Source of the DNA: a virus
Strand: one strand, 5' to 3'
Virus record (IMG/VR): IMGVR_UViG_3300045988_107529
Span: 1-64,000 of that record
DNA: 64,000 bases
Made by a program: the position numbers and the translations under genes. The notes below the pieces were generated by a model that searched no databases, was not told the DNA's origin, and worked only from the letters and a program-made list of their open reading frames with translations. Every line of letters begins with the position of its first letter. Within the stretch, counting starts at the first letter, position 1. Below are positions 34,312 through 43,468 of the stretch, piece after piece.

Positions 34312-34608
34312 ATGGGTGAAAAGGACAAGTTAAGACGCTTATTTATAGGAGATGGGGAAACAGCCATATCGGGAATACCAGAATTTCCAGGAGATTTAAT
34401 TGCTTATGCATTACAGACTTTTGAGACACAAGATAATTCTGTTATCTTCGCAGGAAAATCACTTGAATTTGAAACCGAATTTAAACTCACTAAAGAAAAC
34501 GCTTTGCTCTTTGCTTTTCCAGAACGAATAAATCAGAATAATTTCCGAAAAATGCATGGCATTCCAAAGCGGAGGAAAATTAATGGTACCAGGAAACGCA
34601 GATTATGA
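34312..34608 (+). CDS. Hypothetical protein (98 aa)
   Basis: Intact ORF. Confidence 0.55.
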   Translation: MGEKDKLRRLFIGDGETAISGIPEFPGDLIAYALQTFETQDNSVIFAGKSLEFETEFKLTKENALLFAFPERINQNNFRKMHGIPKRRKINGTRKRRL

Positions 34609-34834
34609 CCTTGACGGAGCTTTATTGCGTGATGAAGCCGTATATCTAAAGAAACTACATTCAGAGTATCTAGTATGCGATGATTTAAAGATTGGAAATA
34701 TTGAACCAATATCAAAAGAAGTGTTGAACAATATAGAAATCACACAAAACAAAAAGATTGTTTATGGAACTTTTGGAACATTTTCCATTAATGATTTGCC
34801 AAAGCAATTGAGGGAGAAAATTAATGAGTATTAA
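34583..34834 (+). CDS. Hypothetical protein (83 aa)
   Basis: ATG after GGAGGAAAA. Confidence 0.5.
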   Translation: MVPGNADYDLDGALLRDEAVYLKKLHSEYLVCDDLKIGNIEPISKEVLNNIEITQNKKIVYGTFGTFSINDLPKQLREKINEY

Positions 34835-35057
34835 GTCAGCATTAGAATCCGAAGGAATAGATTTTTCTGAATACATGAACCCACCAGAACCATGGAATGG
34901 ACAGGCATTAATACGGAATATCAATGGAACGAAATACGCCTGTTGTCCTTTTTGCCAGAAGAAAGCGCTTCTGATTAGCCCAAACACGAAGATTCAGCAC
35001 TTGAAACTGAAATGTAAGGGTAGTAATTGCAAGAAAGAGTTTGAGGTGAATGTATGA
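34824..35057 (+). CDS. Zinc-ribbon protein (77 aa)
   Basis: CCPFC ... CKGSNC. Confidence 0.55.
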   Translation: MSIKSALESEGIDFSEYMNPPEPWNGQALIRNINGTKYACCPFCQKKALLISPNTKIQHLKLKCKGSNCKKEFEVNV

Positions 35058-35233
35058 ACACAAAACGGATTAAATGTATTTTGACAGGTGGATGCAAGTT
35101 CAAAAGTTCGGATACAGAATCGAAATGCAATGATAAAGAAAAGACTTGCACCATTACAGAAACTTGCTACAAATGTGGGAAGAAGTACACTGCCGTATTT
35201 ACCTACAAACAATTAGGGATTCCAGTGAGGTGA
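35054..35233 (+). CDS. Small Cys-rich protein (59 aa)
   Basis: ATGA overlap; SD GAGGTG. Junction GAGGTGAATGTATGAA is repeated at the next gene start. Below the track cut-off. Confidence 0.5.
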   Translation: MNTKRIKCILTGGCKFKSSDTESKCNDKEKTCTITETCYKCGKKYTAVFTYKQLGIPVR

Positions 35234-35237
35234 ATGT

Positions 35238-35519
35238 ATGAATTGGTTTAAAGAAAAATGTTCCCACCTATATGAGGAAATTGGGAAATGCTATGACAGA
35301 ATAGATTACGGAAATGGTACTCATATAAATGCTTATATTGTAAAAAAATGCAAAATATGCGGAAATATTACAGCCAAGACTGTATATTCAAATGAATTTA
35401 CAAAGTATACATCTCCTGTAAGAGTTGATGATTGTGTAAAAAAACTGATAGCTAAAGGATATGTTGACAAGGTTGATTTCTTTTTGGAACACGAAAATGA
35501 TAATATACCGTGGAAATAA
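35238..35519 (+). CDS. Hypothetical protein (93 aa) with CKICG motif
   Basis: Same GAGGTGAATGTATGAA junction. Confidence 0.55.
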   Translation: MNWFKEKCSHLYEEIGKCYDRIDYGNGTHINAYIVKKCKICGNITAKTVYSNEFTKYTSPVRVDDCVKKLIAKGYVDKVDFFLEHENDNIPWK

Positions 35520-35534
35520 ATGGAGGTCTATTGA

Positions 35535-35729
35535 GTGAAGAAGGCAAGAAAAATATGTTGGATAATTGCGAATTTCATAATATTCAAATGGGCAGCAGAT
35601 TATTTGATAGCCACAATTCAAATGATGGTTGAAAATAATTGGGGATTTTCGGCAGTACCATTACTGTTTATGGCAGTATTCGCAGAATGGAAAGTAATTG
35701 AAAATATTTTTACGGAATTAAGAAGATGA
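35535..35729 (+). CDS. Small membrane protein (64 aa, GTG start)
   Basis: SD GGAGG; two hydrophobic segments. Confidence 0.5.
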   Translation: MKKARKICWIIANFIIFKWAADYLIATIQMMVENNWGFSAVPLLFMAVFAEWKVIENIFTELRR

Positions 35730-35750
35730 TTTTATCAAGAAAGGATATGT

Positions 35751-35954
35751 ATGACAAAACAAGAAGCCGTAGTAGTTGAAACCTACACAGGAATTTGTAT
35801 GCTTGTAGGAGATGATCGCCGACTTGCATATGAATATGCAGAAAAACTTTTAGGTCATCCGATATATACGCATGAATTCCCAAAGTATGTCGACGAGTTA
35901 AAAAAACTTAGCAAGCCAGATTTTATTGAAATTTGCAAAAAGTTAAGCGATTAA
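35751..35954 (+). CDS. Hypothetical protein (67 aa)
   Basis: Intact ORF. Confidence 0.55.
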   Translation: MTKQEAVVVETYTGICMLVGDDRRLAYEYAEKLLGHPIYTHEFPKYVDELKKLSKPDFIEICKKLSD

Positions 35955-36116
35955 ATGGTATGGTGCGAATTAAGAAACATTCCGTGCATACATCCAGAAC
36001 CAGATGGATTAGAAAATTGCAGATATTGTGAAAAATATAGTTTTGAAAAATATTTAGAATACAAAAAATCAAAAAGAAAAGTCAAGAGAGCCAAAAAGGA
36101 GCGCCATTATGAGTGA
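35955..36116 (+). CDS. Small Cys-rich basic protein (53 aa), tentative
   Basis: MVWCELRNIPCIHPEPDGLENCRYCEKY..; weak SD; overlaps the rtcB start. Confidence 0.3.
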   Translation: MVWCELRNIPCIHPEPDGLENCRYCEKYSFEKYLEYKKSKRKVKRAKKERHYE

Positions 36117-37311
36117 TTTGAAGATATTTACAGAAAAAATCGAGCAAGAAGCATTAAATCAAATTTATACACTAATAAAACAGCCTGCATTTTCTGAATG
36201 TAAAGTACGAATCATGCCAGATGTTCACGCAGGGGCAGGATGTGTAATTGGCTTTACAGCTGATCTTGGAGATAAAGTAATTCCGAACATTGTTGGAGTA
36301 GACATTGGATGCGGAATGCTCACAACACAAATTCCTACTGATGTGGGAACAATAGATTTTAAAATCCTTGACGAAGTGATAAGAAATAATGTTCCGGCAG
36401 GAAGAAATGTACGTGACGAAATCATAAATTTTAAAGAATTAGAAGAACTTCACTGCTTTTCACTGCTTAAAAATGTTGAATGGATTCGCAGGAGTCTTGG
36501 TACACTTGGGGGAGGAAATCATTTTATTGAAGTTGACACCGATTCAAAAGGCATAAACTACCTTGTAATTCACACTGGAAGTCGTAACCTTGGAAAACAG
36601 GTAGCTGAAATATATCAAAAAATTGCCATAGAAGATATGCAGGGTACAGATAAGCTCGAAACTGAAATACAGAAATTAGTAAAAGAATACAAGTGCTCTG
36701 GCAGGCATAAGGAAATTCAAAATAGTATTGATGAATTAAAACGAAAATGGAAGCCAGACAAACTTGGAATTCCGAAAGAACTATGTTATTTGACAGGTGA
36801 GCATAGAAGACAATATCTGCATGATATGAAAATCTGTCAAGAATTTGCAAGAATAAACAGAAGATGCATACAGTCAGCTATATTCTACACTATGAATTGG
36901 ACACTTCAAAGAAACACATGGTTTGACACAATTCATAATTATATTGACCACGATACAAATATTGTTCGGAAAGGTGCGATATCAGCTAAACATGGTGAAA
37001 AAGTTCTTATCCCTATGAATATGCGAGATGGATGTATTATTGCAATTGGAAAAGGAAATGAGGATTGGAACTGTTCAGCCCCGCATGGCGCAGGGCGTAT
37101 TATGAGCCGATCAAAAGCAAAAGAAAACATTTCGTTAGAAGAATTTAAGGAGTCTATGAATGGGATATATACAACATCCGTTCAGAAATCTACAATTGAC
37201 GAAAGCCCTATGGCTTACAAACCGCCGCAAGAAATTATTGATAAAATCAAAGATACCGTAGATATAGTTGATATTATTAAACCTGTATATAATTTCAAAG
37301 CAAGTGAATAA
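36109..37311 (+). CDS. rtcB: RtcB RNA 3'-phosphate ligase
   Basis: 400 aa with the RtcB signatures PDVHAGAG, DIGCGM, GGGNHFIEVD, HTGSRNLG and APHGAGR. Confidence 0.9.
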   Translation: MSDLKIFTEKIEQEALNQIYTLIKQPAFSECKVRIMPDVHAGAGCVIGFTADLGDKVIPNIVGVDIGCGMLTTQIPTDVGTIDFKILDEVIRNNVPAGRNVRDEIINFKELEELHCFSLLKNVEWIRRSLGTLGGGNHFIEVDTDSKGINYLVIHTGSRNLGKQVAEIYQKIAIEDMQGTDKLETEIQKLVKEYKCSGRHKEIQNSIDELKRKWKPDKLGIPKELCYLTGEHRRQYLHDMKICQEFARINRRCIQSAIFYTMNWTLQRNTWFDTIHNYIDHDTNIVRKGAISAKHGEKVLIPMNMRDGCIIAIGKGNEDWNCSAPHGAGRIMSRSKAKENISLEEFKESMNGIYTTSVQKSTIDESPMAYKPPQEIIDKIKDTVDIVDIIKPVYNFKASE

Positions 37312-37331
37312 TCAGTCAAGAGAGCCACATG

Positions 37332-37378
37332 AGAGCCAGACTAAATCCTAAAAAGAAAGGAGGTCTGGCTCTATTTTT
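37332..37378 (+). terminator. Hairpin plus T-run between rtcB and the large terminase; SD sits in its loop
   Basis: agagccagac / gtctggctct (10 bp), 21-nt loop ending in AAGGAGG, then ATTTTT-ATG (37379). Confidence 0.5.
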
Positions 37379-39130
37379 ATGTCAAAAATTACAGAAGGTT
37401 CGCTCGAATGGTATCGGGCAGTGCTGAATCAAATTATCAGTAGTGATATGACAATCTATCAGAACCAAAAAGATTGCCTTGATTTGCTCTTGAACATGAA
37501 TATTGACCTTCCTTTCGACAAGAACCAAGAAGCACGGAAAATGGCCATGAAAGTAAGCCAATACTCACATAACATAGCAGAGAAGTGTGCTGCATTAACT
37601 GGCAGTGGCGATTTTGATGATATCTACTGGCAGTATTTGTTACTGGAAGCACCACATTTGCTGGATTCCTATGCCATGTATATAGAAAAAGATAGAAAAC
37701 CAGAAGAACGGTTCTATTTGCCAAGACGCAGAACATTGAAAAAAGTAGTAGATAAATTACAAGCACTTGAAGAAGATGAACTTGACGAATTGTTTCTGCA
37801 TCAGCCAGCCAGAACTGGTAAATCACAAATTATTACTGTCGGAACCGCATGGCATTGTGCAAGAAATTCAGAGATAAGCAACCTCTATGTTACATATAAA
37901 GAAGGACTTGGCGGTGCATTCCTAGATGGAGTTACGGAAATATGGACTGACCCAACATATTGCCATGAAGATGTATTTCATTCAAAAATAGCCAGAACAG
38001 ATGCAAAGAACCACAAAGTAGACCTTGAAAGAAAGAAAAAATATGCGACATTATCTGGAAAAGGTTTGGAATCTGGTTTGAACGGTGAGTATGACGCATA
38101 TGGTTGGCTGATTCTCGATGATATCCTGGAAGGTATTCAAGATGTATTAAATCCAGATATTCTCAGAAGAAAGCAAATTGTGTTTGACAACAATGTAATG
38201 TCACGAAAGAAAGAACAATGTAAATTGATTCTAAATGGTACTATCTGGTCATTGCATGATTTGTATATGGACAGACTATCATTTCTTCAGAATAATCCAG
38301 AAGCAAAACACATTAGATATGATGTTCTTAAAATTCCAGCTCTTGACCCGGAAACTGATGAGAGTAATTTTGACTACGATTACGGAGTTGGATTCAGTAC
38401 AAAATATTATCGCACTATTCGTTCTAAATTTGAAGAAAACGATGATATGGCAGGATGGTTAGCCCAGTATCAGCAGGAACCTATTGAAAGAGATGGTGCT
38501 TTATTTAATGCGCAACATATGAACTTTTATAATGGACAATTGCCAGATGAAGAACCATTGAAAGTAGTTTCAGCTTGCGATGTGGCTCTTGGCGGTAGTG
38601 ATTATCTTGCAATGCCAGTAGCATATGTATATGAAGATGGTTCCGTATATATACACGAAGTAGTATTTGATAATTCTGAAAAGAAATTTACTATGCCAAA
38701 AGTCGTATCAGCAATTGTCAATAATAAAGTTACGAATGCTTTTTTTGAAGCCAATGCAGGCGGCGAAGGGTATAAAGATGAAGTAGAAGGAAAGTTAAAG
38801 GAGCAAGGGTATCAAACTAATCTTACTTCTAAATATGCGCAACAAATGATTTTGAATAATGGTGGACACGCACCTAAATCGGCAGTGAGAAAAGAACAGA
38901 GAATTTGGGATAATGCTGAAAACATTAGAAAATTTTATTTTCTTGATACTGGATATCAAAACGCAGAGTATAGAAAATTTATGAATAATGTCTATTCATT
39001 CACAATGACAGGAAAAAATAAGCACGATGACGCACCGGATTCACTCGCTAGTTTAGCAGTATTCTTAAAAAATGGAAGCGGAGTTGGAACCGCAACAGCA
39101 ACACAGAATCCACTTTGGGGAAGGAGATAG
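37379..39130 (+). CDS. Terminase large subunit
   Basis: 583 aa. Walker A-like QPARTGKS, Walker B-like WLILDD. Position immediately before the portal. Confidence 0.8.
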   Translation: MSKITEGSLEWYRAVLNQIISSDMTIYQNQKDCLDLLLNMNIDLPFDKNQEARKMAMKVSQYSHNIAEKCAALTGSGDFDDIYWQYLLLEAPHLLDSYAMYIEKDRKPEERFYLPRRRTLKKVVDKLQALEEDELDELFLHQPARTGKSQIITVGTAWHCARNSEISNLYVTYKEGLGGAFLDGVTEIWTDPTYCHEDVFHSKIARTDAKNHKVDLERKKKYATLSGKGLESGLNGEYDAYGWLILDDILEGIQDVLNPDILRRKQIVFDNNVMSRKKEQCKLILNGTIWSLHDLYMDRLSFLQNNPEAKHIRYDVLKIPALDPETDESNFDYDYGVGFSTKYYRTIRSKFEENDDMAGWLAQYQQEPIERDGALFNAQHMNFYNGQLPDEEPLKVVSACDVALGGSDYLAMPVAYVYEDGSVYIHEVVFDNSEKKFTMPKVVSAIVNNKVTNAFFEANAGGEGYKDEVEGKLKEQGYQTNLTSKYAQQMILNNGGHAPKSAVRKEQRIWDNAENIRKFYFLDTGYQNAEYRKFMNNVYSFTMTGKNKHDDAPDSLASLAVFLKNGSGVGTATATQNPLWGRR

Positions 39131-39133
39131 AAT

Positions 39134-39556
39134 ATGATGACTGCAACTCAATATTTACGCCAGATTGAAAATTATGATAACAGAATCAAAAATAAGCTTA
39201 TTGAAGAAGAACAGCTCAGTTCTCTTTCCACAAGCGTATCTGCAATTCCTGTTGGAGAAAAGGTACAAACTTCTGTGAAACGTGATCCGATGGGAGATAT
39301 GATTGCGAAGATATTTGACCTGCGAGAAGAGATTTCAGAAATGATATCTGAATTTTTACAAAAAAGACAAGAAATAGTCCGAACTATAGAACAGGTTGAA
39401 GATCCATTACTATATGACATATTATTTAAGCACTATGTTGAGTACAAATCTTTGGTTCGCATTGCAGATGAGATGGGTTATTCAGAGATTCACATTAAAA
39501 AAAAGCATTTAAAAGCCATAGCAGAAATAAAAAAGATAAAAGGTTTTGAAAGATGA
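39134..39556 (+). CDS. Sigma-70 region-4-like / RinA-ArpU-type late regulator (140 aa)
   Basis: YLRQIENYDNRIKNKLIEEEQL .. YKSLVRIADEMGYSEIHIKKKHLKAIAEI (C-terminal HTH). Family assignment is from memory only. Confidence 0.45.
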   Translation: MMTATQYLRQIENYDNRIKNKLIEEEQLSSLSTSVSAIPVGEKVQTSVKRDPMGDMIAKIFDLREEISEMISEFLQKRQEIVRTIEQVEDPLLYDILFKHYVEYKSLVRIADEMGYSEIHIKKKHLKAIAEIKKIKGFER

Positions 39557-39579
39557 TACCGAAGTATACTGAATGATAC
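39549..39579 (+). promoter_or_regulatory. Conserved 31-nt promoter-like motif, copy 1
   Basis: AAAGATGATACCGAAGTATACTGAATGATAC: GATAC(C) half-sites 20 nt apart around the -10-like TATACT. 26/31 identical to 52574-52604. Confidence 0.5.
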
Positions 39580-39606
39580 CGCCAATATGTGTAAAATATA
39601 AAGTAG

Positions 39607-39641
39607 AGCATTGGATTAAAATATCCAGTGCTTTTTATTTT
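39607..39641 (+). terminator. Rho-independent terminator ~30 nt downstream of motif copy 1
   Basis: agcattggat-taaaat-atccagtgct followed by TTTTATTTT. Confidence 0.7.
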
Positions 39642-39674
39642 GCAGAAAGGATGGTTCGACTTGTGAGAAATACA

Positions 39675-41147
39675 ATGAATTTTGTAGATTTATGCCGAGG
39701 TGAGTTCGGGCGAAAAGTAGCCTACACAGGCGTTGACCGAATCACTCCACAAAATGTAGTAAAAGTAGTTTCAGATACAATTGGCATACATAATAGAAAC
39801 CGAACATTGATTGATTACTTGTATCGGTACATGAAAGGCGATCAGCCGATATTATACCGAAACAAAATAGTCCGTCCAGAAGTTAATAACAGAGTGGTTG
39901 AAAATCACGCATTTGAAACTGTAAAATTTAAAGCTGGACAGATTTGTGGGGAACCAATCCAATATGTATGCAAAAAGAAAAAAGCAGATAAAAAAATAAA
40001 TGAGCAAGTTGACCTTCTGAATGATTATCTGGATGAAGCCAATGCAGATGCAAGAAACATCCAAAGGGCAATATACCAAAGTGCAACAGGAACTTCTTAT
40101 AAGGCTATTCTGAAAGAAGAGGACTGGACAAAAAACGGAGATTTACCACCGTTTAGAATCTTCATTCCGTATCCAGGTGATTGTTACATTGTATACTCAC
40201 AGAGAAATGGGAAACCAATGCTTTCCGTGCAGATTTTAAAAGATGAAGATGAACAGCAATATTATTTATGTTATTCAAAGAACCAGTTTTTTGAAATCAA
40301 GAATGGAAAAGTAACTAACTACGGCATCAATGGTTTTGGCGGGATTCCAATTGTTGAATGTCCAAATAATCACGACAGACTTTCAGATGTTGAAATTGCA
40401 ATCACCTTATTTGATGCAATTAACAAATACCAGTCCGATAGATTAAATGGCGTGGAACAGTTTGTGCAAGCCTTTATGAAGTTTAAGAACTGTGAGGTAG
40501 ACGAAAACGAGTTTTTGAAAATGGTAAAACTTGGTGCTATCTCTGTTAAAGATACTGGAAATGGCTGTCAGTCGGATGTTGAACTGATGACCGCTGAACT
40601 GAATCAATCAGAGAGCCAGGTTGCAAAGGATGATATCTACAATAATATGCTGATTGTGGAAGCAATGCCAAACCGCCAAAGCAATAGCGGAGGTGATACA
40701 GGAAATGCCGTATACCTTCGTAATGGATGGGACTTCGCAGAAAGAGATGCGAAATTGGTAGAAGCATTCACCAAGGAAGCCGAAAAGGAATCTGCTAGAA
40801 TTATTCTGAATATTATCCGTGGCACGTCAAATGATGTTAATATCTCAACCCGAGATTTTGATGTAAAGATAACCAGAAACCCAACAGACAATATGCTTGT
40901 AAAAGCACAGGCACTTGATTATCTGTTTAAAAATAAAATTCATCCGCTTATTGCATTGATTACTTGTGGGCTTTTCAGTGATCCGCAGAAAGTCTACGAA
41001 ATGAGTTTACCGTATCTGGGAACTATTTACCCGGAACTGGCAGACCCGGAAGCGGAAATGCAGAAAGCACAGCAATTACTTGACGGAAAGTTTCAAAATC
41101 CGTCCAAAACAGAACCAATGGCAAATTCTCCATCTAACGAAGAATGA
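39675..41147 (+). CDS. Portal protein (SPP1 gp6-like)
   Basis: About 490 aa. Follows the terminase. ..DYLYRYMKGDQPILYR.. N-terminal pattern. Start uncertain (39651, GTG 39663 or 39675). Confidence 0.7.
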   Translation: MNFVDLCRGEFGRKVAYTGVDRITPQNVVKVVSDTIGIHNRNRTLIDYLYRYMKGDQPILYRNKIVRPEVNNRVVENHAFETVKFKAGQICGEPIQYVCKKKKADKKINEQVDLLNDYLDEANADARNIQRAIYQSATGTSYKAILKEEDWTKNGDLPPFRIFIPYPGDCYIVYSQRNGKPMLSVQILKDEDEQQYYLCYSKNQFFEIKNGKVTNYGINGFGGIPIVECPNNHDRLSDVEIAITLFDAINKYQSDRLNGVEQFVQAFMKFKNCEVDENEFLKMVKLGAISVKDTGNGCQSDVELMTAELNQSESQVAKDDIYNNMLIVEAMPNRQSNSGGDTGNAVYLRNGWDFAERDAKLVEAFTKEAEKESARIILNIIRGTSNDVNISTRDFDVKITRNPTDNMLVKAQALDYLFKNKIHPLIALITCGLFSDPQKVYEMSLPYLGTIYPELADPEAEMQKAQQLLDGKFQNPSKTEPMANSPSNEE

Positions 41148-41312
41148 ACCAAATTTCGATTATTTAAGGAGTTTTAGAGAAATCTAAGGCTTCTTTTTTA
41201 ATACCCAAAATCAAATAAATTGCAACAGCCCGTGAGCGTAAATCGGGTACAGATCATGTGCGGAGCGAACCGTGTTGAAAAAGCGTATTGGACTGGAAGA
41301 AAGGAGATTTCA

Positions 41313-41960
41313 ATGACAAGAGAACAGGCAAAACAGGCACTTATCGGTATGGGAGTTGCAGAACCTTCCGAGGAACAGGTTTCTAAGCTTCTTGATTCTA
41401 TTTCTGCTGAAACTAAGAAAGAGAAAGACAAAAATGTTTCTCTGAAGGAAAAAGCTGAAAAAGCAGATTCCCTGGAAAAAGAGTTGGAAGAGTTGAAAAA
41501 GCAGAACATGACCGAAGCAGAACGGCTAGAAGCTGAACGCAAGAAAGAAAAGGAAGCAGTGGATAAGGAGTTAGCTGATTTGAAAGCTGCGCTTGCAGAA
41601 TCCAACAAAAAAGCCCTTACCAGTGAAATTACTTCTATGTTCGCAAATGCAGGGCTTTCAACCGAAACATACGCGAGTGCTATTAAAGCATACGCATCTG
41701 CACCGTATGAGAAACCAGAAGATGCAATGAAAGAAGTCGAAACTTTTGTTAAGGGAGTTTCCGAAGCAAATAAAACAGCACTTGATACCGCAAAAGCAGC
41801 TTGGGAGAAGGAAGCATTGGAAAACACTCCGAATCCGGGCGGCGGTAGTGGCAGCAAAGCTACAGTAAAAAGCGATGCTGCTGAATTTGCAAAAGCTTAC
41901 TCAGCAAAAATGAACCAGGAAACTAAATCAGCGGACGATAACGCCCCTGTAAATATTTAA
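41313..41960 (+). CDS. Scaffolding protein
   Basis: 215 aa, Glu/Lys/Ala-rich coiled coil, between portal and capsid. ATG after AAAGGAG. Confidence 0.65.
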   Translation: MTREQAKQALIGMGVAEPSEEQVSKLLDSISAETKKEKDKNVSLKEKAEKADSLEKELEELKKQNMTEAERLEAERKKEKEAVDKELADLKAALAESNKKALTSEITSMFANAGLSTETYASAIKAYASAPYEKPEDAMKEVETFVKGVSEANKTALDTAKAAWEKEALENTPNPGGGSGSKATVKSDAAEFAKAYSAKMNQETKSADDNAPVNI

Positions 41961-41977
41961 GTAAAGGAGATATAAAA

Positions 41978-42322
41978 ATGGCTTTTATGAAAACAGAGCA
42001 GTATGAGTCCACTCCAAATATTCTCGAATCCGAGGTTGGACTTGTACTTAAAACCTACACAGCAGACCAGACAAATGCTGAAACAGTTGGAACTAAGAAA
42101 ATTATCAAAGCAGGTTCCGTATATCCAACAAATGCGACAGGTGCAATCGGCATTGTATTTGAAGATGTTGATATGACAGATGATACCAAGAGACCAATTT
42201 CCGTGATTGTCGCAGGACGTGTTCTCGAAAAGAGACTTCCAGTAACAGTTGACACTACTGCAAAAACAGAGCTTGAAAAAGCAGGAATTGTTTTTGTAGT
42301 CACAGAAGACCCAGTATTTTAA
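41978..42322 (+). CDS. Head decoration-like protein
   Basis: 114 aa directly upstream of the capsid gene. ..AIGIVFEDVDMTDD..VIVAGRV pattern. Confidence 0.45.
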   Translation: MAFMKTEQYESTPNILESEVGLVLKTYTADQTNAETVGTKKIIKAGSVYPTNATGAIGIVFEDVDMTDDTKRPISVIVAGRVLEKRLPVTVDTTAKTELEKAGIVFVVTEDPVF

Positions 42323-42335
42323 GGAGGTATGACAA

Positions 42336-43373
42336 ATGCCATTTAATGTATTAGAAACAATCACAGAGGAAGAGAGACTTAATTTCTCCCAGAGTTTTGA
42401 TGTAAAAAGACCTGGCATCCTCGGCACCATTTTCCCGGATACAAAGACCCAGTATCTGAAAGCAGAGTATTACAGACTTATGGCTGGACAGCGACTGCCA
42501 GAGGTAGCTTTTGTCCATGCACTTGATACCGAAGCAGAAATCGGTTCCAGACCTGGTTTCGAAAAGGTACTGACCGAGAAACTTTTCATCAAGAGAAAAA
42601 TCAATCAGTCTGAGCGATTACAGCAAGCAATCGAAAATGGTGTTCCAGATGACAATAATCTCAAAAAATTTGTATTTGACGATGCGGCCAATCTTTTCGA
42701 GGGTGTAGTCGCAAGGGCGAATGTAATGAAAGGCCAGTTCCTTTCCACTGGTATTGTAAAAATTAAGGAAAATCATGTGGATATGAGCATTGATTACGGC
42801 GTTACATCTGATGCAAAAGTAACACTTACAGATTGGTCTAAGCCAGACGCAGATATCATGGGCGATATCTCAAAAATGGTAGCCATTGCAGAAGATAACG
42901 GATATGTGATAAACAAAGCTCTTAGTTCTCTCAAGATGATTAATTACATGCGGAACAATACTGCAATGCAGACCGCAGTTCTTGGATCTGCAAACAAACG
43001 TCTTCTGACAAAACAGGAGCTTACAAATCTGCTTATGCAGGAGTACGGATTCACAATTGATCGTTGTGATGAAAAATATCGTTACAGAAAAGCAGACGGA
43101 ACTCTGAAAACAGGAAGATACTTCAAAGAAGATGTGTTTACTCTGTATGAAGCAAATGCGAATGGCTCATTTGGCTCTGGCCTTTGGGGTGTAACACCGG
43201 AAGAGCTTGAATACAGACAGTTCATTCAGGAAGAGAACCGTTCTTTCGTAACCCTTTCCATGTGGGCTACACAGGATCCAGTTGCAGTATGGACAAAAGC
43301 ATCCGGTATGTTCGTCCCGGTTGTACCCAAAGCCAACGGCGGTATCGTGATCGGTACCAAGGCGGGGGAATAA
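42336..43373 (+). CDS. Major capsid protein (lambda gpE-like family)
   Basis: 345 aa. Position, size and N-terminal pattern ..LGTIFPDTKTQYLKAEYYR... Confidence 0.7.
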   Translation: MPFNVLETITEEERLNFSQSFDVKRPGILGTIFPDTKTQYLKAEYYRLMAGQRLPEVAFVHALDTEAEIGSRPGFEKVLTEKLFIKRKINQSERLQQAIENGVPDDNNLKKFVFDDAANLFEGVVARANVMKGQFLSTGIVKIKENHVDMSIDYGVTSDAKVTLTDWSKPDADIMGDISKMVAIAEDNGYVINKALSSLKMINYMRNNTAMQTAVLGSANKRLLTKQELTNLLMQEYGFTIDRCDEKYRYRKADGTLKTGRYFKEDVFTLYEANANGSFGSGLWGVTPEELEYRQFIQEENRSFVTLSMWATQDPVAVWTKASGMFVPVVPKANGGIVIGTKAGE

Positions 43374-43468
43374 CCGGGCATAGTCTCGATGAAAACAGCC
43401 AGTCACCATCTGTAGCAAGTGATTATGATGAATCAAAACATAAGCATACAGAAAGCGAGTTGTCTAAT

